A stretch of DNA of 64,000 nucleotides. Origin: Mytilus californianus (taxonomy: Eukaryota). The position numbers and the translations under genes are program-made. Of this stretch, positions 51,201-63,279 are shown piece after piece; position 1 is the first letter of the stretch; the number at the start of each line of letters is the position of its first letter. Under the pieces are notes generated by a model. The model had not been told where the DNA came from. It worked only from the letters and a program-made list of their open reading frames with translations, and made no database searches. The stretch lies in NCBI RefSeq assembly GCF_021869535.1, contig NW_026262581.1, positions 11,222,001-11,286,000 on the forward strand, read 5' to 3'.

Positions 51201-54200
51201 GCTTTGTTGTATTACTTTCCGTTACACTTTTTACTAGATATGACCCTAGAATCGCATAATGACGCACACTTAAAAGGAAATGCTTTTATGCAAATACTTT
51301 GTCACCAGAGCTGATATCACTTCGGTTTGAGACATTGCGATGTCGATCATTTCGATCCAATTTTGTTGGTTTTTGTGTGAATTTTAACTTCATATTTATA
51401 CCCCCGCTGCAAAGAAGGAAATGGCGTATACTGGTTTACGTCTGTCCGTGTTTCTGTCCATCCTTCCGACCGTGTTTCCGTCCTATAAAATTTCTTCGCC
51501 TATTTCTCAGGAACTACAAATAAGAACTTCCTAACAATTGGTACCAAGGTTCATGTAAGCATACTATACAATGTGATGCATTTTCACATTTATCACTCAT
51601 TACGTTCCTGTTAATCGAACACTTTCATATTCTTATTTCTACAATTTGAGACCCATACGATGATCTCAGTTCTTCTATCGTGAGTAGAGACATACCAACT
51701 GCCCAGCCTATGACGTAAATTTGTCCAAGTTTGTGTAACAATATGAAAAATGTACATTTTGTTTAAATGTACATTAAATTTTGTCATATTCTTACAAATA
51801 TATATGAAATTTTCGTCGCAACTTTCCCAGGGTCTACCGGTCTGGAATCAAACTTTATGTGAGCATGCTCAACCGAGTGATGCATTTTTTCAACCATCGC
51901 TTATCAACTTCCTGTTCACCGAATACTTATAGCGGGGTATTATCAGTGAGCAATTGCCCACAGATCAACATTTGTAAAATACCTGCACAGGATAATATCC
52001 TCCAAGATATGGATTGTGACATGAGGTTTGATCTGAACCTAGTTCTACTAATAGATCGCCTGTATTCTCATATTCTTCTACGAATCTTTCCCTATCAGTA
52101 TAAAAAAATAACTATAGTAATAACTTTTCTTGGTTAAAAGACACTTAAATTATTTTTTTGAATAATTGATAAATTTTTTGTTGTCGAAAACGTGCTGAGA
52201 ATGTGGTCCAGATATTCTAGAATATATATACTATATTTGCTATTATCAATTTTCCTAGCCGTATATACCATTCACTTTTTGCGTATATTTTTTAGAAGAA
52301 AATAAACTGAATGCAGACAAAACATACTAGTAATTAAAAAAGAATTGGTTATTAATCATCATGTTAACATACTAACCATAAATCTACAATATTTCCATGA
52401 TACCCAATGCTGATAGCTTCTTTCTGACGTCTTGCGTGTCGTATTTTACCAATACATTCGTCCAAGTTGTTTGCGATGGTTGCAACCCATCCTTGGTTGT
52501 GGCGTTTCTCTAAAGCCTCTTTACTTACCTAAGTGATAAAAAGCCACATTTAAAATTCACTATCTTCTCCTTTTGTTACTTTGATTATTATTCTGACAAT
52601 CTTGATATTTTACAGATGCTTGATAACAGTGGTAGTGTCATTTTCCCAAAATGATAATACTAACTTGTTGCTTACACACGTTTAATGTATTTGGGTGTGG
52701 AAACGCTTTCTGGAGTTTTAATATCATTTTAAGGTGATCATTTTTTTTTCGTATTTGTGTAAATTTTCTGCTTCAATTACAATTGACAATGAACACAAGA
52801 ACACAAGAACAACAACAAAGCAGTTGAATAAGAGCAGCTCATTTTTACAGCTTTACTGCTTTGATAACGACTCAAAATGAAGCATAACAGAAAACCGCTT
52901 ATCTTAAAAACTATCATCGACTAAACACTGTGGAATATATAGTTACAACGTTTGGTTTACTTTTTGTATTTTCTAGTTGAAGTATTGGTTTCTTTACGAG
53001 GCATACACTGTATGCATATCCACGAAAGCATTTAAATACGCTATAATTGTTAAATCAGTATAGTATTTCATTAAAGAGAAAATAAATAGTGTGAAAGTGT
53101 GACAACTTCAAACAAAAAAATAATAATAGTCAAAACAAAAAAAAAAGAACATGAAAGCAAAATAAAAATAAAATGCTCCGCAGGGCGCAGCTTGATACGA
53201 CCGCAGAGGTCGAACCCTGAACAGTCGGGGCAAGTATGGACACAACATTCAAGCTTGATACAGCTCTGAATTTGGATTGTGATTGAATATTTGACACAGC
53301 ATAGGTTACTGACACAGAATGAATGTGGTCTAAGAACTTAAAAATTTTAAATTGGACATTCACCTATTATGGTCCAATATCCAAAATCTAAATACATGGT
53401 TAGATTCAGCATATCAAAGAACCCCAATAATTCAATTTTTGATGAAATCAAACAAAGTTTAATTTTGGACCGTTTTGACCTCAATGTGGACAAAGTTCAT
53501 AACGGGGCCCAAAAATCAAAAATCTAAATACATGGTTAGATTCAGCATATCAAAGAACCCCAATAATTCAATTTTTGTTGAAATCAAACAAAGTTTAATT
53601 TTGGACCCCGATTTGGACCAACTTGAAAACTGGGCCCATAATCAAAAATCTAAATACATGTTTAGATTCAGGATATCAAAGAACCCTAAGAATTCAATTT
53701 TTGTTAAAATCAAACTAAGTTTGATTTTGGACCCTTTGGACCTTAATGTAGACCAATTTGAAAACGGAACCAAAAATTAAGAATCTAAATACACGGTTAG
53801 ATTCGGCATATCAAAGAACCCCAATAATTCAATTTTTGATGAAATCAAACAAAGTTTAATTTTGGACCCTTTGGACCTCAATGTGGACCAATTTAAAAAC
53901 GGGGCCCAAAATCCAAAAACTTAATACACGGTTAGATTCAGCATATTAAAGAACCCCAAGAATTCAAGAATAAAACCCCATTGAAATAGGTCAAGAAATA
54001 AGCATTTTATACGAAGTATCTTCTTTTGCACAATACTGTGCAATTGAATATTTCTTACTATTGAGCAATACTGTACAATTGACATTTTTTTGCTATTGCG
54101 CAATATTGTGCTATTGGATATTTCTTGCTATTGCGCAATACTGTGCAATTGAAGATTTCTTGCTATTGCGCAATACTGTGCAATGGAAGATTTCTTGCTA

Positions 54201-57200
54201 TTGTGCAATACTGTGCAATTGAAAATTTCTTGCTATTGTACAATACTTATTATATAATAATTTACACATCCTGTTTGGTGTGTATCTCCTACCATATCAT
54301 TATTATTTGCTTTTAAATATAAATCAGAAATAACCAACTTAAAATGGAAAATTTTAAAAGAAAAAAAAAAAGGAAAAAAAGAAAAAAAGGAAAACAAAAA
54401 ATCCCCCCCCCCCCAAATTTTTTAAAACCCCTTATGATTCATCACCCCCAAACTCAATCCCAGCCTTCCCTTTGTGGTATGGTACCTTGCAGTACAATTT
54501 CAGAGAGATCCATACACTTGAACACAAGTTATTGTCTGGAAACTAGAAAAATGCTTGTTTTAAGGCCCCTTTTTGGCCCCAAAATCCTAAACGTTTAGGG
54601 CAATTACCCCCAAACTCAAACCCAGCTTTCCTCTTGTGATATGGAACCTTGTAGTACAATTTCATAAAGATCAATACACTAACACACAAGTTATTGTCCT
54701 GAAACTAGAAAAATGCTTGTTTTTTCCCCTTTTTGGTCCCTAATTCCTAAAATTTTGAGGCAATTACCCCCAAAATCAATCCCAGCCTTCCCTTTGTGGT
54801 ATGGTACTTTGCAGTACAATTTCAGAGAGATCCATACACTTGAACACAAGTAATTGTCTGGAAACTAGAAAAATGCTATTTTTGCCCCCAAACTCAATTC
54901 CAGCTTTCCCTTTGTGATATGGAACCTTGTAGTTCAATTTCAGAAAGATCCATACACTTACACACAAGTTATTATCATGAAACTAGAAAAATGCTTGTTT
55001 TTTGCCCCTTTTTTGGCCCCTAATTCCTAAAATTTTGAGGCAATTACCCCCAAAATCAATCCCAACCTTCCTTTTGTGGTATTGAACCTTATGGTAAAAT
55101 TTCACGGAGATCCATTCACTTAAACTAAAGTTAGAGTGCGAAAACCAATGTGTCTTCGGACGACGACGACGACGCCAACGTCATACCAATATACGACCAA
55201 AAATTTTTAAATTTTTGCGGTCGTATAACTAGGGACATGACCCCTCCAGCATTTTTTTATTTGTTCATTTTCAGTTACGAGAGACTATAAAAAATGTTTT
55301 GTTTGATATTGAACAGGTGTACCTCAGCTGTTACACTTATACATCCACATATTGTTGCTGCCTTTGGTTGTGCCCCACTCATTCCACCCAATCCAGATGT
55401 AACGAACACCTAAAATCGAATTTATATTTATATATACATTTTATCTTCTCGGGAACTGGCTGTTAGAATAACAGTGTATACTCATACATTTTATACTCTT
55501 TTAATTATCAAAACAATATAAGGTTATCATTACATTATACCGGTTTTCTGCAACTAGATTTTTGTGTTTTTTGCTGTTTTATATTTGAAACTTCTAGATT
55601 TTCGAATATTTGGTTTCGATCACCACTGAAGACAAATATTTTCGAAATGCGCATATTGTTTAATAATTGAACTTTGGTATCTTCTAATTTTATATTTTCA
55701 TAAATGTCGATAAACATAAAATATGCAAATATTAATAATGATAATAATGTTTTGATCAGCCGTCAAGCATCTCACAAAAATGATTGTGTGAAAATAACAA
55801 ATTATAAAAAGAAAAGAAAGTATATTCGGAAGGTCTATTTTGATGAAGGCAAACTAATGTTACGCTTAAAATATAGCAAAAATTGTCTTTGTAAATTTGT
55901 AAATAAACAAATGCTGGTTTACCTTTCCCCTCATATCCGTGGTACCCAGATGTCGCCTAGCTGCATTCAGTACTGTCAACTAAAATATTAAAGTGAGATG
56001 TGACATCAAGAAATAAGATTTGTTTGAATGTAGTATTTATATATTGAACATTAAAAAGTCGTCAATGAAGATCATTAAAGTTTTTTTTATGTATATTAAT
56101 AATATATTCTTTATCCGTTTGACAATAGAGAGTCTGGACTTTCATTTCTGTATCGTTCACCATAAAGCGGCGTTGTCAATCAGTAAATCCATGTTCGGAG
56201 GAAAACTTAGAATCACAACTTCAGTATAATTTAGCTTACCGTTGTGCCATGAACTATCCCTTGTGGTCCTATATAGCAGAAACTACCAGCTGTCATCTGA
56301 CCATACCTGATTAAAAATGAAACAGTTAAAACTACTCTATCAGTTTTCGTACAATCTACCAATGACCAACCATTACTCGCGTTATTTAGAATTTCATTTG
56401 TAGCCTATGTTCAGGTAGAGATGTAATCATTCCAATATCATGCACCCAAAAACAGTATTTAGAATTAACTCAGTTTAAAAAAGAAAACTTACATTGTGTT
56501 TCCGAGTGCAAACATTTTCTCGTACATTTCTCTTGATGAGTAGTTTGGTATGACCTATAATATAAAAAAAAATTTAATGAGTTTGTTCTCGGTAATAGGA
56601 CAAAGTATTGATACTTTTTTTTAAACCAAAACGATTTGTTATTCATAAAATACATTAAAAAAAAAGATTGTTACTTTATTCTTTAATAGGTGTTTCATAA
56701 TTCACATTTTGTCCTAGTATTGACTGCTGGAAGACAATCCACAATTCATCATAAACTTTGTTTAAAAAAGCTGAAATTTTGTTCATTAGAGAGAACAGTA
56801 TCAAATGATACCAATAATATTTGAGTATTGTATTTTTGTCATAGGCCCGTCGTCGTCTGTTTTGTTTGGTTTTTTTTGGAATTTGGAGGTTGCAACTACA
56901 TAATTTGTTTGTTTCCAGAATCTCAGAGTATGCAGGGTAAAAGAAGGATCATATTAAAAAAGTATAATAAAAATACCAGTCTCAAAGGCAACTACAAAAG
57001 GGGAAGTCCATGAAAACTGACAAAATCAAACTTTATCAATCAACGGAACAAGTGAAAAACAACTGCTATATTCCGGATATGGTCAGGCATTTTTCGAAGA
57101 AAATGGTGGGTAAAATCTGTTTTATAGCTAGTTTACATGTTGTTGTTGTTTTGGCCGCATATAAAACCGTGAAAAAACTTTTATTTGTTTTTTCCTGGGG

Positions 57201-60200
57201 TTTTATCGTTTGATTTGAAAAATATCGAACTCCAAGGTAAATTAAAAAAAAGGAAAGTCCAAATGCTCGACTTTTCAACCAACGGAACGAATGAAAAACA
57301 ACTGTCATAGGTATTTTCCTGGAAAAAAATGGTTGGTTAATCCGGGTTTTATAGCTAGGTAAACCTCCCATTTGTATCATAAACAGGTAAAGACATTCAA
57401 TTTGGTTATCTCAAGTGTTGGACTATTATACTGCTTGGAAATGGTCCAACATAAAACAACAATGAAGAATACTTTCAGTGTTGCTGGTTATACAAATTTT
57501 TCAGTGCTACTTTGATATAGTCCATACTATGACCAGTGTGTACAAGGTTTAAATAAACATACCATTAGGTTGTTGATGATAAGACTTGGTGCTTATGAAA
57601 GACAAGGACACAGTGTACTGAATAAGCAGAAAAGAAACTGAATAATGTGTACCTACCATACCGTTAGTTATAACGAGCCTTGGTGCTGCCGGGCTACTTG
57701 GGAATAGTCCCATTGGATGACCGGAGTACATCACTAACGTTTGTTCTTCAGACATTTCTGAGAGGTAGGAGAGGGTGATCCAAAACTGAATCAAACATAT
57801 CGTCATTATGAGATGTGTACAATTAAAAGAAATTTCAAAAGAACAGGAAGGCTTTACAAAATAGGTCAAAAACATACTATTTGGCGTACAAAATTTTAAT
57901 TCTGGTATGAGTTTATTCACAAATAAGACTTTATTACAATATTTTAATCTTATGCTTATAACGTGAAGATAAATCTTAATGTATGATTTTTTCTTCAATT
58001 CTAAGTGAGTTACTTTTTCATGTAGTTTCTGTTAGTCTTGCATTTTCACTATCACGAACAAATGCAGACTCTCAACCTGTAATAGCTGAAAATCGTTTTC
58101 TCTCTGATTTCACTAATATTTTTTTTTTGGTGTTCGTATTGTTTGAACGTTTCCTTTGTTACTTGCACATATGTATTTATCTATTGTACCCTTCTAGTAT
58201 TTAGTGGAAATTTTTGACTGCTGTTCCATGTACATGCATGTCCTTTTCCTATTTATGAACACAGAAAATGATAATATTTTCCTCAGTCTAGTGCTTATTA
58301 AGTACTGGTTATTGTTCTCCAAGTGAGAGTTCTCCAAGTTCTCTTACTTCTACGTTCTCTGCATGTATAGCAAATTGCACACACCAATCGTGATGTAACT
58401 GATTTGACCATTAATGAATGACTATCTTCGTACGCGTATAAAAAATGTGTTAAAAATCATAATACTATTTTTTCAAGTAATACCTGGGCCCAGTTCGAGA
58501 AAACCTGCCCGTTTCCTCCATATGTAACCAATTCTTGTGGAAATTGGGCCACATGAGGGTCTAAGTTATTAAGTATCATATGGATGATTGCTGCTGCTTG
58601 TCTGTTTCTCCCAGGTATCTCGTCAATTGGATATGCTCTGCAATAAACAACCCTTATAAGTTGAAATGGCGTGGTGACAATTGAAACTATAATTTGATTT
58701 ACAACTTCTTTCTAATTTGAGTGTTGATTATATTATATAGTGTTTGCTAAATCGCATATTTGGCTTTCATTGCACCTAAATTCAAACAGCCAAACCGTCA
58801 TAATTATCGTCCATGTCTATACTTACTATTTTGCAGTCTGTAATACTAATATCAAAGGGGACTCAAAAGAGGAAGCATGAAAACAAAAATATTTTGAATT
58901 TGTTTATGAAAAGAAATATAGAAACAATCAAAACTTGGTGCCAGTCATCTTCGCTAGCCAAGGGTTACGATCCACTTCCCTCCTCTCCACGTGGAGAGGA
59001 GGGAAGTGGATCGTAACCCTTGGCTAGCGAAGATAGGTCCCAGTAGGATAATACAAAAATACAAAAGCAGGAACATATAAAATTTGACTTAATCGTTTAA
59101 CATCCAGTGGAATTATACATACTAGTAAAGGACGATCACTTGATGAAAACACCATTCGGTAAATTTGATTTAAATCGTTACAGGCATCACTGAAGATGCA
59201 TAAATTACCGAAATGCGATTCTAATTGGTACCGTAAATTTTATGTTATGAGAAGTTGACATTAGCATTCTAATTTTGCCTGTAATGCTAAATTAATTTAA
59301 GAGTTACTAAATGAATTGTAAAACAATTCACATACTGGACACTTATTGAGATTTGTTGTTAAAGAAATCTTTCATTTTCGGAGAACGTGCAATCCCCACA
59401 TTTCTCAAACGCAGAGATTCGAACCAGAAATGTTCTGAAGGAACTCGTAAGGTTAAATAATCGCTAGTACTGATGTTTGAAAACAATGTTTTCATTAATT
59501 TGCTTGACAGACGGAGCAGCAAGAAGTTTTATGTTTTGTTACAGCCTGTCAATTTCTCATAACATAAAACAAATATAGGTAAAAATATACTATTACATAG
59601 ATGCAAACAAAATAAAAACACTAAAGATAGTCGTTTCTGGTCATTCTTTCTTTTGTGCATCTAATGTATGAAATACCACTACAACAGATAACAACACTAA
59701 AGTTATAGTTAATTAAGTAATCAGCCCAATGCACAATAAAATTACTTGTTTAAACCAGGTTTAAGCGTATTTACATGTATAAAACGGATACCCATTAAGG
59801 TATTTATTGATGTTCTTTAAACTCATATGTCAAGTATATGAAAAAAACCTCATCAAAGATACCAGGCTTGTAATGTAAAACATAATACGCGCGTTTCGTC
59901 TAGAAGAAAATCAGAAGTTGGCCTGGCGCTGAAATCCAAACAGTTGGAAGGCCAAATCAACTACAAAAATGAAGATAATTTGAAAATAAAGTTTCAAAAT
60001 GTTGTGCTAAATCTGGCTAAGGCCATATATGTTTTGGGGAAGGACAACCTTAGCGTTTTTGAATGTTATTAACTCTTCGATCACAATAAATTCACAGTAA
60101 ATGACCGTATTAAAGCTCTATCATGTCAATACAGAAGCACCCACAACTGGACTGACTAAACCCTCGGGGTCGAAACGTCCATCAACAGCGACATCGTCCC

Positions 60201-62357
60201 AGTGGTTGTAAAAATTTAATAAAAAATACCGGGCTTATAATATAACACGTAATACGCATGTTTTGTCTACATAAGACTCAGCAGTGGACCTGGTGCTGGA
60301 ATTCAAACAGTTGGAAGGCCAATTACGAAGTTATAGAGCAATAAAAACCAAAAATTCCAAGTGTTGTGCCAATTCAGACTTAGGCCATATATGTATAAGG
60401 GTAGGAAAACCTTAGTGTTCTAAATTATATTTACGGTTAAGTAACAGTTAATTTACAGATAATGACCGAATTATTGGTATTTCATGCACAGCAAATGAAC
60501 ATTGATTACAACTACCATACTATCAGAAAATCATCGGAAATGACCGTATCAAGGATATTCCTTGTCAGTATAAGAGCACCCCCAACTGGGCAGGTGATAA
60601 TCATACCTTCATGAGTTGGATCATATATATTATACTGATGTTGATTGGGGTAGCATTATATAAATTTGCAAGCTTCAGTTGTGCCGATTTCTTTGACTTT
60701 GACATATTAAGATTAGTGAAAACTACCGCAAATGGATAGGGATTTCCAATTAGAGGAAGGAAATGTTTCCATAAGTCTTGAAAGGGTATGAATCAATAAC
60801 GGCAACAAGACAATACAAGTCGGTGTGTACGCGTTTGGTAACGAGTCTGCTGCATTTTGTGAAAATTGTTTAAAAGATTATGAAGAAAAGTTTTTTAATT
60901 TTATTTTTTTTCATATTTTTTTTTTACCGAGGCAACTAACTGCCTCGGTTGCCTAAACGTAAGCTACGCCAATGTTAAATCGAGGTAGAAACGTCCATCA
61001 ACAGTGACATCGACCCAGTGGTTGTAAAACTCATCAAAGATACCAGTCTTATAATGTAATACGCAGTGCATGAGGTTTAACTTCCCAAAAAATGCCTTTA
61101 CCAGGTCAGGAATATGACAAGTTTTTTTTCTGTTCGTTCCGTTGGGTTATAAAGTCTAACGTTTGATTTTGTCAGTTTTATAGACTTTTCCCCTTTTCGA
61201 ATTTACGTTGGAGTTCGGTATTTTTGTTATAGTTTTTCGTCTAAAAAGACTCAGCAGTTGGCCTGGCACTGGAATACACGCAGTAAGTAGTCCAAATTAA
61301 TTGCATATAAGCTATAAAACCAGGTTCAATCTACATAAGAAAATGCCTGTACTAAGTCAGGAATATGACAGTTGTTATCCATTCGTTTGATGTGTTTGAG
61401 CTTTTGATTTTGCCATTTGATTAGGGACTTTCCTTTTTGAATTTTCCTCGGAGTTCAGTATTTTTGTGATTTTACTTTTTGAAGAGCGTTGAAAACGCAA
61501 AATTCCTATTTGTTGTGCCAAATCAGGCTAGTGCCATATATATATATTGGGATAGGAAAACCTTTGTGTTTTGAATGATATTAACGCTTTAGTAACAAGA
61601 AATTTATAAAAAATTACTGTATCAATCATATGTCATGTCAGTACAGGTCATATGACCATATAGCTTCAAAAAACAATATCGAGGCTAGTGAAGAAAGCGA
61701 AATAATTTCCTAGTTTTGGTTATGGTATATTTTACCTCATATCAAACGAAGGTAAAAGCCTGTACATGTATATATGGCCGTAATTACGTAATTCATCGGC
61801 AAACTCATGGGCTAAAATTTCATGCTGGTCTGGTGGAAAGTATCGTAGTGCATTCTGTAGTGCTAGCTAGAAAGTAAATGTAAATTTGGTCATTAATTAA
61901 ATCACATTGTTTTATCTACCGTTTAGTTTGAAGTATTATCACAAAATCTTAGATACTTAATGGTATTCAGACAGCTGCACAATGTCATTGGGTACTATCA
62001 TATAACCAGTCACTATTGTCAGGGAATATGAAATATACCTAATGTCAGTAATTATTTATGATTTATGAGGTTTCCCTGTGAAAGATTGTGCAGTACATAG
62101 ACAAGAGGGTACCGGAATCTTATGTCCACAACTGTTCTTGAACCTTTGACTGGAGGTAAACAAAACTAACAGGATCGAGACAAATTGAACAGAAAACTTA
62201 TATTGATCTCAATAATTAAAGTGTGCGAACTTACCCTCTGTTCGGCCGGTGTTAGATCAGGTGTCCTGATCGGTGCATGTGGGACTGTATCATCCCTCTG
62301 ACGCCTCGGTGGGAGAGGGTCTGGGATACCGTCACATATCTCTTTCAGCGAAGACAT
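42267..62357 (-). CDS. UROC1: Urocanate hydratase, complete, 20 exons, 676 aa
   Basis: Exons 62235-62357, 61736-61866, 58484-58637, 57657-57785, 56493-56554, 56240-56306, 55923-55979, 55323-55409, 52377-52528, 51983-52091, 50606-50676, 50011-50108, 49281-49389, 48234-48322, 47419-47588, 46915-47014, 45237-45318, 44056-44104, 43343-43393, 42267-42407 total 2031 nt with all phases consistent. Motifs: FPQELVTYGGNGQVFSNWAQ, YGQMTAGSFCYIGPQGIVHGT, VFVTSGLGGMSGAQ, LGSDQTSCHNP, FWDYGNAFLLE, SRDHHDVSGTDSPFRETSNIYDGS, GATWVALHNGGG. Confidence 0.98.
44165..44885 (-). mobile_element. 5'-truncated Penelope-like element (RT C-terminus plus 3' tail) in UROC1 intron 17
   Basis: Minus frames read IYPIELEIKDTTDT...KLYDKRDDFSFPIVNFPFLCSNIPAAP...LIRYSRAC, followed by the GGAGCAGGATCTGCTTACCCTTCC tail. 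Confidence 0.8.
45618..46340. mobile_element. Kolobok-type MITE, 723 bp
   Basis: TTAA TSD (45614-45617 and 46341-46344). Perfect TIR GGTAGCACAATACAAAGATTT with a purine-purine terminus. It splits a Penelope-tail repeat. Confidence 0.85.
48680..48902 (+). mobile_element. Tail-only copy of the Penelope-associated short repeat
   Basis: GGAGCAGGATCTGCTTACCCTTCCGGAGCACCTGAG...GGTATCTTTCGCCTCTCTTTT, the inverse of 44165-44400. Confidence 0.75.
50901..51735 (+). repeat. 97 bp direct repeat (50901-50997 and 51639-51735)
   Basis: CTACAATTTGAGACCCATACGATGATCTCAG...GTCCAAGTTTGTG occurs twice with one substitution. Confidence 0.9.
53171..55228 (+). mobile_element. Composite HINE-like element in UROC1 intron 8, inverted near-copy of 38811-41050
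   Basis: Same termini and the same three internal arrays in reverse order and orientation. Confidence 0.85.
58947..59034. repeat. Perfect 88 bp palindrome with no spacer, in UROC1 intron 2
   Basis: ATCTTCGCTAGCCAAGGGTTACGATCCACTTCCCTCCTCTCCAC|GTGGAGAGGAGGGAAGTGGATCGTAACCCTTGGCTAGCGAAGAT. Confidence 0.97.
59840..61640 (+). repeat. Degenerate tandem copies of an interspersed repeat of about 350 bp, in UROC1 intron 2
   Basis: ACTCATCAAAGATACCAG...CGTTT(C/T)GTCT...GGCCATATAT...AACCTTAG recurs near 59850, 60210 and 61030. Related fragments lie at 47800-47930 and 50260-50370. Confidence 0.65.
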
Positions 62358-62959
62358 TATAATCTAAACGGAGATAAATACTTACAAGTAAATTGACTGA
62401 ACATAACTTATAAGTACAGTATATTATCATTGGTACGATAAAGCATATCTAAGATTAAGTATGTCCAGTTGGTGTTTGTTTCACAGGAAATACCTTAGGA
62501 ATTACTAAGTGTAGGACAACAGAAAAACTATACAGTACACATATATCATGTATATGTACAATGAATAAAATCGAAACTAAAAGAGAGAATAAATGAAAAA
62601 ATATAAAGAGTATTTTTAATGAGAAAAAAAAAATAATAGAGCAGCCATTTGGGGCATTATTATTTCATGACAATCAAACATGTTTTCATAATAAAACAAG
62701 ACGTGTAATAAGAATGGTATGACAAAATTATGTCAAATGATAAAAAAAATTACGTACATATAGTATGTTAAAAAATGTGCATGGTGTAGAAATTATTTAT
62801 TTCTTAATATATCTGGTAGATACTGTCAATCGTAGTTGCAACTATAGTCTTTAACTAAATATTAAGGTAGAAATAGAGTATGTTTTAATTATACTGGTGA
62901 AGTTGAAGATTAAAAACAATGTTTTGTTAAAATTGTCATGTATATGCATATATCCGTAA

Positions 62960-63270
62960 TGTTTTATCTCTCCCGGGCTACGCGGTACAGGGACATAGAA
63001 ATACCGGGTGTCCGTCCATCCATCCATCCTTGCTTCCGGTGTTGCAAGCGCTCTAACGTGTACAATTCTTTCCAGGTTTTTATGAAATTTATGTCATAGG
63101 TATATATCAGCAATGTCTCGGATGAGTACGAAAATCAGTGCTGATCAACTATTCTTCAAGGGTTATGCCCCTTTGAAATATAAATTTAAAAGAAAATTTT
63201 ATTATTAGCAATCTAACACCTTCATTTGGTCATACATTATAAAGCTGTGGAGGGGACGCCAGTCTTGGAA
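62960..63270 (-). mobile_element. HINE-like 3' end (hairpin and TCCA/TCCG microsatellite) abutting the rDNA fragment
   Basis: TTTTATCTCTCCC...GGGACATAG followed by GTCCGTCCATCCATCCATCC. Confidence 0.5.
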
Positions 63271-63279
63271 ACGGCCCGT

